64,000 nucleotides of DNA from an uncultured Spirochaetota bacterium (GCA_963835575.1 CAWIGG010000002.1:928001-992000); one strand, 5' to 3'; positions 1 through 10,229 are shown, counted from the first letter of the stretch. Notes: generated from the letters alone by a model not told the origin. Made by a program: numbers and translations.

Positions 1-575
1 GCCAGTACCATGAGATTTTTTTCAAAATTCTCTAATTGGCTTAAATTTAAATCTTTTGGTTGAGGAACAGATACTATATAAAGATCCAAAACAGGAGGTT
101 CCGTAAAATACTTTTTATTCTTTTTATAAAAATCATTTAAATCCTTATTAGGAATCTCCTCATCAGATTTGTTTTTAATTTCCTCTTTATAAAATGCCAT
201 TGACCGGATAATCTGGCTCTTTTTTACCTGCATCCGGAATTGATCCGGAAATTCCTGATAAATCTTGAGCCTTGTTTTAATAGATGGATCATTTGTGCTT
301 TTAGCGTTTGTTATTGCTGAAATATATGTATCCACTTCTTTTTCTTTAAATATGATCTTCTCATCGTTTTCAACCAGAGTAAACATGCTGTATGTTGATA
401 ATAATTCTTGAAATGCGCCATTTGTAACACCGTTTATCCGCAGGAATTCATCCATTTTCTGAAGATCGTATTTTGTTATAGAGTATTTTCCGACATTGGC
501 AATGATAGAGTTGACTACTAAACCATGGCTGAACACTGTCAAATTAAAAAATATGAGAATCCAAATGAGTTTCAT
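1..575 (-). CDS. SurA/PrsA-like periplasmic chaperone/PPIase, N-terminal part (runs off window start)
   Basis: Manual translation from ATG at 575 (AGGAG RBS upstream): MKLIWILIFFNLTVFSHGLVVNSIIANVGKYSITKYDL..., a signal peptide plus a SurA_N-like 'I(I/V)A.V....IT..D' motif; frame is open to the window edge. Confidence 0.6.
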   Translation of the reverse strand, partial: MKLIWILIFFNLTVFSHGLVVNSIIANVGKYSITKYDLQKMDEFLRINGVTNGAFQELLSTYSMFTLVENDEKIIFKEKEVDTYISAITNAKSTNDPSIKTRLKIYQEFPDQFRMQVKKSQIIRSMAFYKEEIKNKSDEEIPNKDLNDFYKKNKKYFTEPPVLDLYIVSVPQPKDLNLSQLENFEKNLMVL

Positions 576-661
576 GTTTAATTACTCCTTATTAAACTTG
601 TATATAAATATACTATTATTTTTATAGTTATTCCAGTGTAATATATTGGATTTTAAATATA

Positions 662-1468
662 TTATAACGAAACTTTTTCAAAAAGAGGTTCATTTTGCGG
701 TAAAATGTTTCCTAATATATTTTTCGCCAGTATATTAAGCTTTTCTGAAATATCTGTCGCATAAAAACGGTGCCCGGGAATATTTTTTTCGTCATTCTTC
801 ATATTATTTGTTTCTAATATAACTTTTAAATCATTTGCAGTCGAAGAAGCGGAATCAATTAATTTGACATCAGGCAGTAATTCGGAAATAACATGAATAA
901 TAAGAGGGTAGTGTGTACAGCCCAGGATCAGCGTATCGATACCGCTTTCGCCCAAATCTTTTAAATATTCTTTAGCAATAAGCTTAGTCGCTTCATGATC
1001 AATAAAATTCTCTTCAATAAGCGGTACAAAAAGCGGGCAGGGTTTGGAATAAATCATCAGGTTATTATTTAAATATTTCAGCGTATTTGTATAGATATCA
1101 CTTTTAATAGTTCTATTCGTTCCTATTACGCCGATTATACTATTCCTTGTGGCATAAAGAGCTCCTTTTGCCGCAGGTTCAATTACCCCAAGGATTGGTA
1201 TTTTAAAATGTTCTTTTAAATAATCAAGAGCAACGGATGAAGCGGTATTACAGGCTACTACCAGAACTTTTATATCGAATTTTAACAGGAACTTTGTGTT
1301 GGCTATTGAATACTGTTTGACTATATCGCCGGATTTGTCCCCATAAGGCAAATTTGCAGTGTCTCCCAGGTAAATTATTTCTTCATTCGGCAGGAGCTTA
1401 ATAATTTCTCTGGCGACAGTCAAACCGCCGACTCCGGAATCAAATACGCCAATTGGTTTTTTATTCAT
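662..1468 (-). CDS. murI: Glutamate racemase
   Basis: IGVFDSGVGGLTV, VACNTAS and LGCTHYP catalytic motifs. Confidence 0.97.
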   Translation of the reverse strand: MNKKPIGVFDSGVGGLTVAREIIKLLPNEEIIYLGDTANLPYGDKSGDIVKQYSIANTKFLLKFDIKVLVVACNTASSVALDYLKEHFKIPILGVIEPAAKGALYATRNSIIGVIGTNRTIKSDIYTNTLKYLNNNLMIYSKPCPLFVPLIEENFIDHEATKLIAKEYLKDLGESGIDTLILGCTHYPLIIHVISELLPDVKLIDSASSTANDLKVILETNNMKNDEKNIPGHRFYATDISEKLNILAKNILGNILPQNEPLFEKVSL

Positions 1469-1480
1469 AAAAGCCTTTAA

Positions 1481-3064
1481 TCACTTAATTTCCGGTTCAT
1501 TTTCCAATTTCATCAGTATATAGTTCATACTGTCAACAAGGGCCTGCCAGCTTGCTTCTATGATATTCCCTGAAACGCCCACTGTGCCCCAATCGTAGCC
1601 GTTATAACGGAACATTATGAGAACACGGGTAATTGCGGCTGTTCCGGCTTTCGGATTGAGGATTCGGACCTTGTAATCCATCAGTTTTATATTTTTTATC
1701 ACCGGGTAAAAAACCGAAAGCGCGTTTTTAAGGGCCGTGTCCAGGGCATTAATGGGTCCATCTCCTTCTGCCACGGTCAATTCCTCAAGATCTCCGACTT
1801 TTACTTTAACGGTCGCTTCAATTACAGGATTTGCCCCTTCTTTTATATATGTAAAAGTCTTAAAAGATTCTACATGAAATTTTTCTTTAAATAAGCCGGA
1901 GGTTTTCTTAACCAGCAATTCAAATGAAGCATCGGCGCCTTCAAATTCATAACCCATATTTTCCAGCTCTTTGATTTTATCAACTAAAAAAGGTAAAAAC
2001 TGTTTTAGAATATTTAATCCCAGCTCTTTAGCCTTTTCAAGGATACTGGATTTGCCGGCCTGTTCGGAAATCAATATTCTCCGTTTATTACCGACTGATT
2101 CAGGCTCGATATGTTCATATGTCCGTGAATTTTTCAAGACGGCGTTGGCATGAACCCCCGCCTTATGAGTAAAAGCGCTGATACCGGTATAGGGCTGTTT
2201 GGTATCAGGAATCATATTTGACATTTCGTATATATAATGGGATAATTCCACCAGTTTTTTCAATTTTTCAGATTTTATGTGAGTTAAAGTACAGCCCATT
2301 TTAAAAATAAGATTGGGCATGATTGAGCATAAATTGGCATTCCCGCATCTTTCCCCGATCCCGTTAATAGTGCCCTGAACATGAACAACGCCGTTCTTGA
2401 CCGCTTCTATACTGTTGCCGACAGCGCATTCGCTGTCATTATGGGCATGGATGCCCAGAGGCATTTTTATTTCCTTCTTTATATGTGAAACAATGTTGGC
2501 AATCTGATGCGGCAGCATTCCGCCGTTTGTATCGCAGAGAACCAGCGTATCGGCGCCGGCTTTTTGGGCTGTTTTGAGAACTTCCAGGGCATATTCCGCA
2601 TTATCCATGTAACCGTTAAAAAAATGCTCGGCATCGAAAATGACTTCTTTCTTATGGTCCTTCAAATAAGCGATGGAATCATAGATCATTTCCAGATTGT
2701 CTTCCAGCGCAATGCGGAAAACTTCCCTGACATGAAGGTCCCATGACTTACCGAATATTGTTATAACGGGTGTATCCGCTATAAGAAGTTCTTTTATGTT
2801 ATTATCTTCATTCACTTTATTTTTTGCATGCCTTGTGCTTCCAAAAGCGGCGATTTTGGCGTTTTTAAGCTCGACTTTCTTAATTTCTTCAAAAAAAGTT
2901 TTGTCTTTGGACATGGCCCCCGGCCATCCGCCTTCAATGTAATCAATCCCGAAGCCGTCCAATTTTTTTGCGATTGCGATCATATCAGTAATAGAAAAAC
3001 TTATTCCTTCGGCCTGTTTTCCGTCTCTGAGAGTCGTGTCGTAAATTAAAACCTTCTGGGCCAC
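1481..3064 (-). CDS. cimA: Citramalate synthase (LeuA family)
   Basis: YDTTLRDGKQ, IEGGWPG, FGKSWDLHV, DAEHFF, HAHND, GERCGNANL and a C-terminal LeuA regulatory domain; GTG start with GGAGG RBS. Confidence 0.9.
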   Translation of the reverse strand: MAQKVLIYDTTLRDGKQAEGISFSITDMIAIAKKLDGFGIDYIEGGWPGAMSKDKTFFEEIKKVELKNAKIAAFGSTRHAKNKVNEDNNIKELLIADTPVITIFGKSWDLHVREVFRIALEDNLEMIYDSIAYLKDHKKEVIFDAEHFFNGYMDNAEYALEVLKTAQKAGADTLVLCDTNGGMLPHQIANIVSHIKKEIKMPLGIHAHNDSECAVGNSIEAVKNGVVHVQGTINGIGERCGNANLCSIMPNLIFKMGCTLTHIKSEKLKKLVELSHYIYEMSNMIPDTKQPYTGISAFTHKAGVHANAVLKNSRTYEHIEPESVGNKRRILISEQAGKSSILEKAKELGLNILKQFLPFLVDKIKELENMGYEFEGADASFELLVKKTSGLFKEKFHVESFKTFTYIKEGANPVIEATVKVKVGDLEELTVAEGDGPINALDTALKNALSVFYPVIKNIKLMDYKVRILNPKAGTAAITRVLIMFRYNGYDWGTVGVSGNIIEASWQALVDSMNYILMKLENEPEIK

Positions 3065-3145
3065 CTAAACCTCCGTTTAAGTAAAGTTTTTATTTAATTC
3101 AGAAAACTAGTCAGATGAGATGAAACCTTATTATTTTAGACTAAG

Positions 3146-3174
3146 ATTATAATTGGATTTTATTATACTGTCAA
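3146..3174 (-). promoter_or_regulatory. Sigma70-type promoter for cimA-murI
   Basis: Minus strand TTGACA-N17-TATAAT, exact consensus. Confidence 0.75.
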
Positions 3175-3262
3175 GGAATAACTGACTCTCTTAAAATAAT
3201 TGAGGAATTATTAAAATTAAACTATAATATAATGCTTATGCGGGATGACAGGAGGTATAGCA

Positions 3263-3472
3263 ATGAAAAAAAGTATAATGAATAAGCAGAATTGGATTCT
3301 TGTGATCGTCGGCATTATTCTGGTTTATTTCGGTTTTTTTCTTATTTCTTTTATTACAACTAATTATGACGGAACATATGCTTTTATATCTATTTCAACA
3401 GTTGTAATAGGATTGGGAACAGTAATAGCGGGTTTATCCATCCGCTTCAATGGTGATAAAGAAACAGAATAA
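3263..3472 (+). CDS. Small two-TM membrane protein (DUF3098-like)
   Basis: ATG at 3263 follows AGGAGG; two hydrophobic segments; 'NW..++.GI.++..GF.L' pattern; stop overlaps the next start. Confidence 0.55.
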   Translation: MKKSIMNKQNWILVIVGIILVYFGFFLISFITTNYDGTYAFISISTVVIGLGTVIAGLSIRFNGDKETE

Positions 3473-4308
3473 TGGACCGGTGGATTATCAAAGATCCTGC
3501 CACACTCATTTCTTTCCTTTCTCAAATATTAGGCATTTCAAAAAATAAAGCAAAAAAGATCATTGATTCAAGGAATGTTTTTGTTAATAATAAAACGACA
3601 TGGATGGCTAACCATTTACTGAAATATAACGATATTGTCGAATATGCAGAAGAACAAAAAGAAAACAGTGAAATAAATATAATTTATGAAGATGATTATA
3701 TTATAGCTGTAAATAAAACTTCCGGGATCATAACTAATAATGAGCCCCATTCATTAGAATCCAGATTAAAAAAATTTAAGAAGAATCACGAAATCCGCGC
3801 TGTTCACCGGCTGGACCGGGATACAACCGGTGTGATTCTCTTCGCAAAAAATAATGATATTTTTGAACGCTTTAAAAATATTTGGCAGGAACAGAAAGTC
3901 AAAAAAATTTACCGGGCCATATCCCATAATGAGGCTCGATTTAAAAAAATTTCAATTGATATAAAAATAGAAAATAAACCGGCGTTATCAATTGTAGAAT
4001 TGATTAATAAAAACAATGGCTTCTCATATTTTAAAATTGAGCTTATTACCGGCAGAAAACATCAGATAAGACTGCATCTGGCATCGATACGGCATCCGAT
4101 TGTCGGCGACAAGGAGTTTGGACATAAAAAGATAATTGATTCAAATTTGAAGAAAATTACCAGACAGATGCTTCATTCTTATCAGATCAGTTATATTTGC
4201 CCTTATACAGGGAAAAACATTTCGATTACCGCTGAATTGCCGGATGATTTTAAGGATTTATTAAAATTACTGGAATTGATATACGAGCAGTCCTCAAAAC
4301 TAACATAA
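3472..4308 (+). CDS. RluA/RluD-family pseudouridine synthase
   Basis: IIYEDDYIIAVNK, VHRLDRDTTG (catalytic Asp), TGRKHQIRLH, HPIVGD and QMLHS motifs; S4-like N-terminus. Confidence 0.92.
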   Translation: MDRWIIKDPATLISFLSQILGISKNKAKKIIDSRNVFVNNKTTWMANHLLKYNDIVEYAEEQKENSEINIIYEDDYIIAVNKTSGIITNNEPHSLESRLKKFKKNHEIRAVHRLDRDTTGVILFAKNNDIFERFKNIWQEQKVKKIYRAISHNEARFKKISIDIKIENKPALSIVELINKNNGFSYFKIELITGRKHQIRLHLASIRHPIVGDKEFGHKKIIDSNLKKITRQMLHSYQISYICPYTGKNISITAELPDDFKDLLKLLELIYEQSSKLT

Positions 4309-4358
4309 TTTGAAAATAGCTATGCTAACTATTTAATGGATAAGGAACAACGGAAAGA

Positions 4359-4561
4359 AACCACAGATTTCACAGAAAACACAGATTATTATTATGGAAG
4401 AACGAAAATATGAAATTATTAGCGCGGCAATTTAGCCGTTTCCAATCGGTATTTTTAGTAAAAAACAAAAAATATAATAGGCGTCGAAAGGCTCATTAAA
4501 AGTTAATATCAGTGAAATCGGTGTAATGGTTCGACTGATGCTCACCACGGCGTCTGCGGTT
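4359..4561. mobile_element. Degenerate GxxExxY-type repeat-flanked element remnant with a nested REP-like hairpin
   Basis: Left CACAGA-containing 9-mer triplet (4359-4388); inverted triplet ATCAGTGAA-ATCGGTGTA-..TCTGCGGTT (4508-4561) interrupted by TGGTTCGACTGATGCTCACCACGG; residual peptides MEERKYEIISAAI* (from 4394) and GVERLIKS* (4480-4506). Confidence 0.5.
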
Positions 4562-4597
4562 GCTGCTCGCGAGATTGAAATTCCCGGACAGTCAATT

Positions 4598-4627
4598 AAA
4601 AAAATCCCCCGCCGGAAAAGCGGGGGA
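4598..4627 (-). terminator. Intrinsic terminator of the bactofilin gene
   Basis: 8-bp stem TCCCCCGC/GCGGGGGA followed by a 7-U tract on the minus strand, 20 nt after the stop. Confidence 0.75.
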
Positions 4628-4647
4628 AATGATTCGTATTTTGATGA

Positions 4648-5109
4648 TTACTGCTTTTTATGGGATGAAGAAGAACCGGAGCCTGATGGAGATGGAGCCT
4701 GGCTCGGAGCGCTGCTCTGGGATGTGCTTGGTGTCGGCGTACTGGTAGTTACATGTTTCTTATCGCCCATGACGCAGCTTCCATTAAATGTACAGCCGCT
4801 TTCAACAATCAATTCGGGAGTTTTAATATCTCCCGTCAGTTTTGCGTTATTAAAAAGCTCCACTCTTTCCGTTCCTTCAACATTTCCGTTAATCTGGCCG
4901 TAATTAGTAATAACTCCAGCTTTAATTGATGCGCCGACTATAGCATTGGGACCAATAATCAGATGTCCTGATGCATCAATCTGGCCTTCAAATTTACCTT
5001 TAATCATCAAGGATTTGGTAAATTTCATTGTGCCTTGAAAATTGATATCTTCCGCCAGAACGGTATCAATCATACTTTCATCAATGTGAAGAGCATTGTC
5101 TTTAGACAT
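4648..5109 (-). CDS. Bactofilin (polymer-forming cytoskeletal protein)
   Basis: TVLAEDINFQG...GKFEGQI...IGPNAIVGASI...GNVEG...GDIKTPELIVESGCTFNG beta-helix pattern; Ser/Pro/Thr-rich tail. Confidence 0.9.
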   Translation of the reverse strand: MSKDNALHIDESMIDTVLAEDINFQGTMKFTKSLMIKGKFEGQIDASGHLIIGPNAIVGASIKAGVITNYGQINGNVEGTERVELFNNAKLTGDIKTPELIVESGCTFNGSCVMGDKKHVTTSTPTPSTSQSSAPSQAPSPSGSGSSSSHKKQ

Positions 5110-5302
5110 ATATCCCCCTTGGATTTTTTATCATATAATAATAAAACATTATAGGTTCCTCGGTTATAGAGAAAAGAAACTAAAAGTTAATCTTGAGGTA
5201 TTATTCTCCTATATTATAGGTTTTTTGTCAAAAAAAATATAAAAATAATATCTTTACAAATTAGTAAAGATATTATATATTATAAATATAAGGAAGTCAT
5301 TA

Positions 5303-7537
5303 ATGAAAATCAAATATATAATTTTGAATATATTATGCTTAGCTGTCAGTTTGTCATTTTTTACATCCTGTGTGATTTATGTTTACCCGCCTCAACCAGT
5401 TCCGGACACGACCCCTCCGTCTGTTGCAATCAGTTCACCGAAAACAACAGGAAGCTACGGCCAGTATATTCTTGTAGTAGGAACTGCCTCTGATTCATCA
5501 GGTATAAATAAGGTATATGTTACGGCCGACGGCCTCAGCTATACCAATGAAATCACGGGGCTGGACAGTGCATATTGGTCAACGACGCTGACCCTGGCCA
5601 GTCCAGGCACAAACACAATACGGGTCTGGGCAGCGGATAATAAAGGTAATGTCAGTTCTCCTGTATCTGTCATAATTATCTCTGATTTTAAAATACCATC
5701 GATAACGATCGACAATCCCTCCGACGGAAGCTATGTCTGCGATAATCCTCTTAACATTTACGGTTCCGCTTCTGTAAGTAACGATACCATTCTTAATATT
5801 CAATTAAGTACGAACGGCAGTCCATTTTTTATTGTAACCAACGGTACTTCAAAGTGGACCAATTCCACGCCTGTCAATAACGGTGTTAATACAGTAAAGG
5901 CTATGGCTGTTACATCCGGCGGCAGGACGAACGTGACGCCATTGATTACATTTACATACCGTCAGGCCGTCTGGAACATCCTGGTCTATATGGAGGCTGA
6001 TAATAACCTGGAATATTTTGGTCTCTGGAATTTTAACGAAATGGAATGCGTCAGCGCGCTGACAAACGGGCAGGTGAATGTTCTTGTATTGTTCAACAGT
6101 GCAGGGAATTATACAGGCTGGGCAGGGGCGCGTCTTTACCAGGTCAAGTATGATCCGACAGGAATGAATGATGTGATACAATCCAAACGGCTTTCGGGAA
6201 CTATAAACGGAGTGACACTCACGACAACAGGAGTAAATCAGTATCTGGATATGGGAAATACCAACACCTTATCTGATTTTGTGGTCTGGGCAACGAATAA
6301 TTATCAAGCGCAGTACAGTTTTATCATTCTCTGGGACCATGGCGACGGCTGGGGTACAGGGCCTCCTTTGCTTAATACGGCCGCTCAAAGTCTATTCGCG
6401 AATTTTGTGTCGGGGCAAAGGTCTGTACAGATTATTTCAAACAATAATTCCAAAATTCCGCCTTATAAAGGCGCATGCGGACTGCTGAATTCCGAGATCA
6501 GATGGGCTTTGAACGGAAAAGGTATGACAGTCATCGGCTTCGACGCATGCCTGATGGGTATGATGGAAGCTGTTTATGAGTTCAAGGACCTGGCGCAGTA
6601 TATGATCGCATCGGCGGATGAAGAGCCCGGTTATGGCTGGAATTACGACGACTGGCTGGCGCGCTTCTGCGCATCGTCCCTCACGCCCGAAGCCCTTGAA
6701 AGCAATGTGATCGATTCTTACCATGCTTATTACATCAGTCAGGCCGCTACGACAATGGCGGCTTATAAACTATCGGCATTTGATCAGCTGACAAATGCAT
6801 TTAATACATATGTTTCTAATTTGAGTTATGATCTCTGGAATCCCGGTCATACTAATAAAAGCATCAATCATTTATCTAATATCATATTATTGACGGAACA
6901 ATATTATTTTAATTCCGAATTAAATACGGATGTCTGGGACCTGGCCAATCACATTAATGTTACCGGTTATGACGCGCTTAAGAACGCCGTTAATAACTTT
7001 GTTTATTATGAATGGCACAACCCGGCGGGCGATATCTTTTCCGGAGACCCGAATTCCCATGGCCTGGCTCTTTATTTTAGTGACGCCAGTTATAATCCCC
7101 CTATAAATCCAAATTATGAAAATAACCCCGGACTTTTTTTTACAAAAACAAAGTGGGTCGATTATTTAACAAACCTCTATTATTTTCCGCCCTATCAATG
7201 GATCAGCAACCGACAGATTGCCAACGACAGTATTGGCTCAAATGGAAGTTTGAATTACCAGTTTTTTGTAACGAATGCCGGCTGGGTGACGATTAATTTA
7301 AAGGTCCCGGCAGGAAATAACGACGATCTTTATCTTTATAATTACACTAACGGTTCGCTGGGTTCGCTGGTTACACAATCTTTAAATGGCGTTGGTATTA
7401 ATGAGAAGATTACATACAATATTCCTTCAACAGGCTGGTATATAATAGAAGTAACTAATATTGTCTATTCTTCATCGAATACTTTTACTCTTTCTCTTTC
7501 CAATACCGGCGGTTTACCGGTCGCTGGCATCAAGTAA
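5303..7537 (+). CDS. Clostripain-family (C11) cysteine peptidase lipoprotein with Ig-like and PPC-like domains
   Basis: Lipobox FFTS-C; DTTPPSVAISSP Ig-like repeats; WNILVYMEADNNLE, WDHGDGW (His) and GFDACLMG (Cys) motifs; C-terminal DDLYLYN...GWYIIEV PPC-like domain. Confidence 0.85.
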   Translation: MKIKYIILNILCLAVSLSFFTSCVIYVYPPQPVPDTTPPSVAISSPKTTGSYGQYILVVGTASDSSGINKVYVTADGLSYTNEITGLDSAYWSTTLTLASPGTNTIRVWAADNKGNVSSPVSVIIISDFKIPSITIDNPSDGSYVCDNPLNIYGSASVSNDTILNIQLSTNGSPFFIVTNGTSKWTNSTPVNNGVNTVKAMAVTSGGRTNVTPLITFTYRQAVWNILVYMEADNNLEYFGLWNFNEMECVSALTNGQVNVLVLFNSAGNYTGWAGARLYQVKYDPTGMNDVIQSKRLSGTINGVTLTTTGVNQYLDMGNTNTLSDFVVWATNNYQAQYSFIILWDHGDGWGTGPPLLNTAAQSLFANFVSGQRSVQIISNNNSKIPPYKGACGLLNSEIRWALNGKGMTVIGFDACLMGMMEAVYEFKDLAQYMIASADEEPGYGWNYDDWLARFCASSLTPEALESNVIDSYHAYYISQAATTMAAYKLSAFDQLTNAFNTYVSNLSYDLWNPGHTNKSINHLSNIILLTEQYYFNSELNTDVWDLANHINVTGYDALKNAVNNFVYYEWHNPAGDIFSGDPNSHGLALYFSDASYNPPINPNYENNPGLFFTKTKWVDYLTNLYYFPPYQWISNRQIANDSIGSNGSLNYQFFVTNAGWVTINLKVPAGNNDDLYLYNYTNGSLGSLVTQSLNGVGINEKITYNIPSTGWYIIEVTNIVYSSSNTFTLSLSNTGGLPVAGIK

Positions 7538-7581
7538 TTATGTTGGCTTTTAAGCAAATAAAGACAATTTAATGAATTGAC

Positions 7582-7637
7582 AGATTGCTTCGCGCTGAAG
7601 CCAGCGGCTAAGGAAAAAACCGGGTTCTCGCAATGAC
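7582..7637. repeat. REP-like element (AGATTGCTTCGC...CTCGCAATGAC family)
   Basis: Both characteristic termini of this intergenic repeat family lie between convergent genes. Confidence 0.5.
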
Positions 7638-7673
7638 AGACTTTGTGCTGAAATTCTTGGCTTATCAATTAAA

Positions 7674-8966
7674 CTAAATTATCTTTGCCTTTAAACCGCT
7701 TCCGCTACGGGACGCGATTTTCACATTTAGTATTTTTCCGATAAGGCTTTTTTCCCCTTCAAGAAAAATCATAAGGCCGTTCCGGGTCCGTCCGGCCAGT
7801 TCGTTTTTATTCTTCCTGCTGACCGACTCTATCAATGCCGTTGTTTTAAAGCCGATGAATTCCTCAAGCTTTTTCTCCGTAATGCTGAATTGAAGCTCTA
7901 TCAGTTCTTTAAGCCTCTGTTTTTTTGTTTTAAGCGGGATTTGCGGACTGAAGTCCCGGGCCGCTGTTCCCGGGCGCGAATTGTAAAAATACATAAAGGC
8001 TTCATGAAATTCTATTTTTTTCAGGGCCTCTAAAGTCTCATGAAAATCATCTTCTGTTTCCGAGGGAAAACCGACAATGATATCCGTGCTGATCAGTACA
8101 GCAGGGATTGATTTTATCCACCCAATTTTTTCAAAATATTCTTCAAAACCGTATTTCCGGTTCATCAGCTTAAGGACCCGGCTGCTTCCCGACTGAAGGG
8201 GCAGGTGAACGGCTTTAATAATATTATCATGCGTTTTGATGACATCAACCAGATTTTTTGAAAGATCTTTGGGATGCGATGTCATAAAGGTCAGGCGCGG
8301 TATGCTGGTTTTAATAGAAATGATATCCAGAAGCTCCGGAAAACTGACGGCGCCGTCACTGTAGGAATTGACATTCTGGCCCAGGAGCGTTACTTCCTTC
8401 ACGCCTTTGTCCATCAGCCGGAATATATTTTCTAAAATGTCTTTGCTTTTTCTATATACCTCTTTTCCTCTGACATAAGGAACGATACAGTAGCTGCAGT
8501 AATTATTGCAGCCATGGGAAATGGGGACAAAGCTTTTAAATGAGTATTTGCCCTGGGGCATCGATTCCATGAAATGATAGGATTCCAATTCTAAATAATC
8601 CCTGCCTTTTTCAATCTGATCGAAATAATCTAAAATGCCGTCTCTATTATATGTTCCCCAGACCAGCTTTATGACATCGGGGAATCTTTTCTTCATTTCC
8701 TTTCCAATACTCTGGGCCATACAGCCCATAAAAATGACTTTGATTGAAATCCTTTTTTTTTCTTTTAAGCCTCTGTAATACCCCAGCCGGCCTTCGATTC
8801 TTTCCTCGGCTGTTTTTCTGACGCTGCAGGTATTAATGATCACAACTTCCGCCTCGGAAGGCGCGGCTGCTTCCTGATGACCGTTTTCTATCAGTAAATT
8901 ACGCAGGGAATCGCTTTCCGAGACATTCATTTGACAGCCGTAGTTTTCAATAAAGAATTTAATCAT
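7674..8966 (-). CDS. miaB: tRNA-2-methylthio-N6-isopentenyladenosine synthase
   Basis: NYGCQMNVSES, NTCSVRKTAE, GCMAQ, radical SAM motif CNNYCSYC, LLGQNVNSY, FMTSHP and a TRAM domain. Confidence 0.95.
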   Translation of the reverse strand: MIKFFIENYGCQMNVSESDSLRNLLIENGHQEAAAPSEAEVVIINTCSVRKTAEERIEGRLGYYRGLKEKKRISIKVIFMGCMAQSIGKEMKKRFPDVIKLVWGTYNRDGILDYFDQIEKGRDYLELESYHFMESMPQGKYSFKSFVPISHGCNNYCSYCIVPYVRGKEVYRKSKDILENIFRLMDKGVKEVTLLGQNVNSYSDGAVSFPELLDIISIKTSIPRLTFMTSHPKDLSKNLVDVIKTHDNIIKAVHLPLQSGSSRVLKLMNRKYGFEEYFEKIGWIKSIPAVLISTDIIVGFPSETEDDFHETLEALKKIEFHEAFMYFYNSRPGTAARDFSPQIPLKTKKQRLKELIELQFSITEKKLEEFIGFKTTALIESVSRKNKNELAGRTRNGLMIFLEGEKSLIGKILNVKIASRSGSGLKAKII

Positions 8967-8972
8967 ATTGTG

Positions 8973-10217
8973 TTATTTTCCCAATCTCTGGATTTGCAGC
9001 CCTTTGACGATGATTTTATTGTCCACAGTTATTCCGGCGATCTGGCCGAAGACGGCCACTTTTTCTCCGCTTGTAATGCTTTGAAAGCCGGTGAAATGAG
9101 ATTCCGCGATCCCTTCGACAACCGCGTTTTCCACAAAATTGATGAGAAGGTCGAAAACAGTTTCTTTTCTTTCTTTATGTTCCAGATTTGCGATAGTCCC
9201 GTACCAGCGGATATAAACGTCTTTATAAAGGAAAGGAAGCCGGGTTACTTCCTGAATGGAAGGTAAAAAATCGATCATATTAGGGTCAATATCCGGCATG
9301 ACGTCTTTTAATATCAAAACCCTCTCTTTGATATATTCGCTGGCGTTGGAATTCAATAATTCATTGATAAGGATCATGGCGCGGTTATGTTTTTTTTCTT
9401 CAATATAGCTTTTTATGATTTCAAATTTCTTCTTGATATCCGCTTCAGACAGCTTGATATTATACTGGTTTCTCTCTTCAATGATTTTATTGATGTCCTG
9501 AATGGTGACATGCGTAACGCGGCCCTGACCGAGACCCTGTTTAAACTTAAAATCCTCCCAGACATTGACAATTTTCGGATAATTTAAATAAAACGCATAG
9601 CCTGCTATAAAAACGAGGATTATTATTATTATTAACCTTAAAAGAGGCGATTTCAGCCCGGCCCTAATTTTATTCTCAATAAATTCAACAGGTGTTTCTT
9701 TTGGCAAATGGATAAAAATAAAATCCTTAGGCTTTGTCATTCTGAAAAAAACCTTGGGGTCTTTGACAGTTTTAAGACTTTCAAGGTTCTTCTTAAGCTG
9801 GGCATTGCTGTCATCTATGTAGATGGCGTCCAGCATATAATTGATTGACTCTTCGAGTCTGCCCTCCATTAGACCTAAAAATGCCAGAGCGTTCAGTACA
9901 TCGGCGTCATTAGGGTCCGCGGAATGGAGCCGTTTAAAAGCGGGATAGGCATTCTCGAATAATTTTAATTCGATAAAAGAAAAAGCCATGATTTTCTGCG
10001 CCAGTAGATCATCAGGATGAAGTTCCAGATAAGTCGCCAGAATATCGATAATATTCTGGTAATCTTTTGAAGCGCCTTTTTTCTTAAAAATATCAATGGC
10101 TTTTTTTAAGGCAGATTGGCTGTCGCTATTTGACTTTTTATCTTTTTTAACTTTTTTTCCGCCGGAATTTTGTTTATTTATATATTGATCAACCGGATCT
10201 TCCAAATCAATATCCAA
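8973..10217 (-). CDS. TPR-containing membrane protein with C-terminal OB-fold-like domain
   Basis: N-terminal TPR-like helices (DPNDADVLNALAFL), one TM segment, C-terminal YIRWYGTIAN...KVAVFGQI beta-rich domain. Confidence 0.6.
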   Translation of the reverse strand: MDIDLEDPVDQYINKQNSGGKKVKKDKKSNSDSQSALKKAIDIFKKKGASKDYQNIIDILATYLELHPDDLLAQKIMAFSFIELKLFENAYPAFKRLHSADPNDADVLNALAFLGLMEGRLEESINYMLDAIYIDDSNAQLKKNLESLKTVKDPKVFFRMTKPKDFIFIHLPKETPVEFIENKIRAGLKSPLLRLIIIIILVFIAGYAFYLNYPKIVNVWEDFKFKQGLGQGRVTHVTIQDINKIIEERNQYNIKLSEADIKKKFEIIKSYIEEKKHNRAMILINELLNSNASEYIKERVLILKDVMPDIDPNMIDFLPSIQEVTRLPFLYKDVYIRWYGTIANLEHKERKETVFDLLINFVENAVVEGIAESHFTGFQSITSGEKVAVFGQIAGITVDNKIIVKGLQIQRLGK

Positions 10218-10229
10218 GCAATACCTCCA

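Noticed and set aside
4526..4903. 125-aa plus-strand ORF
   Set aside because: Antisense shadow of the bactofilin gene and its low-complexity tail; runs through repeat and terminator sequence.
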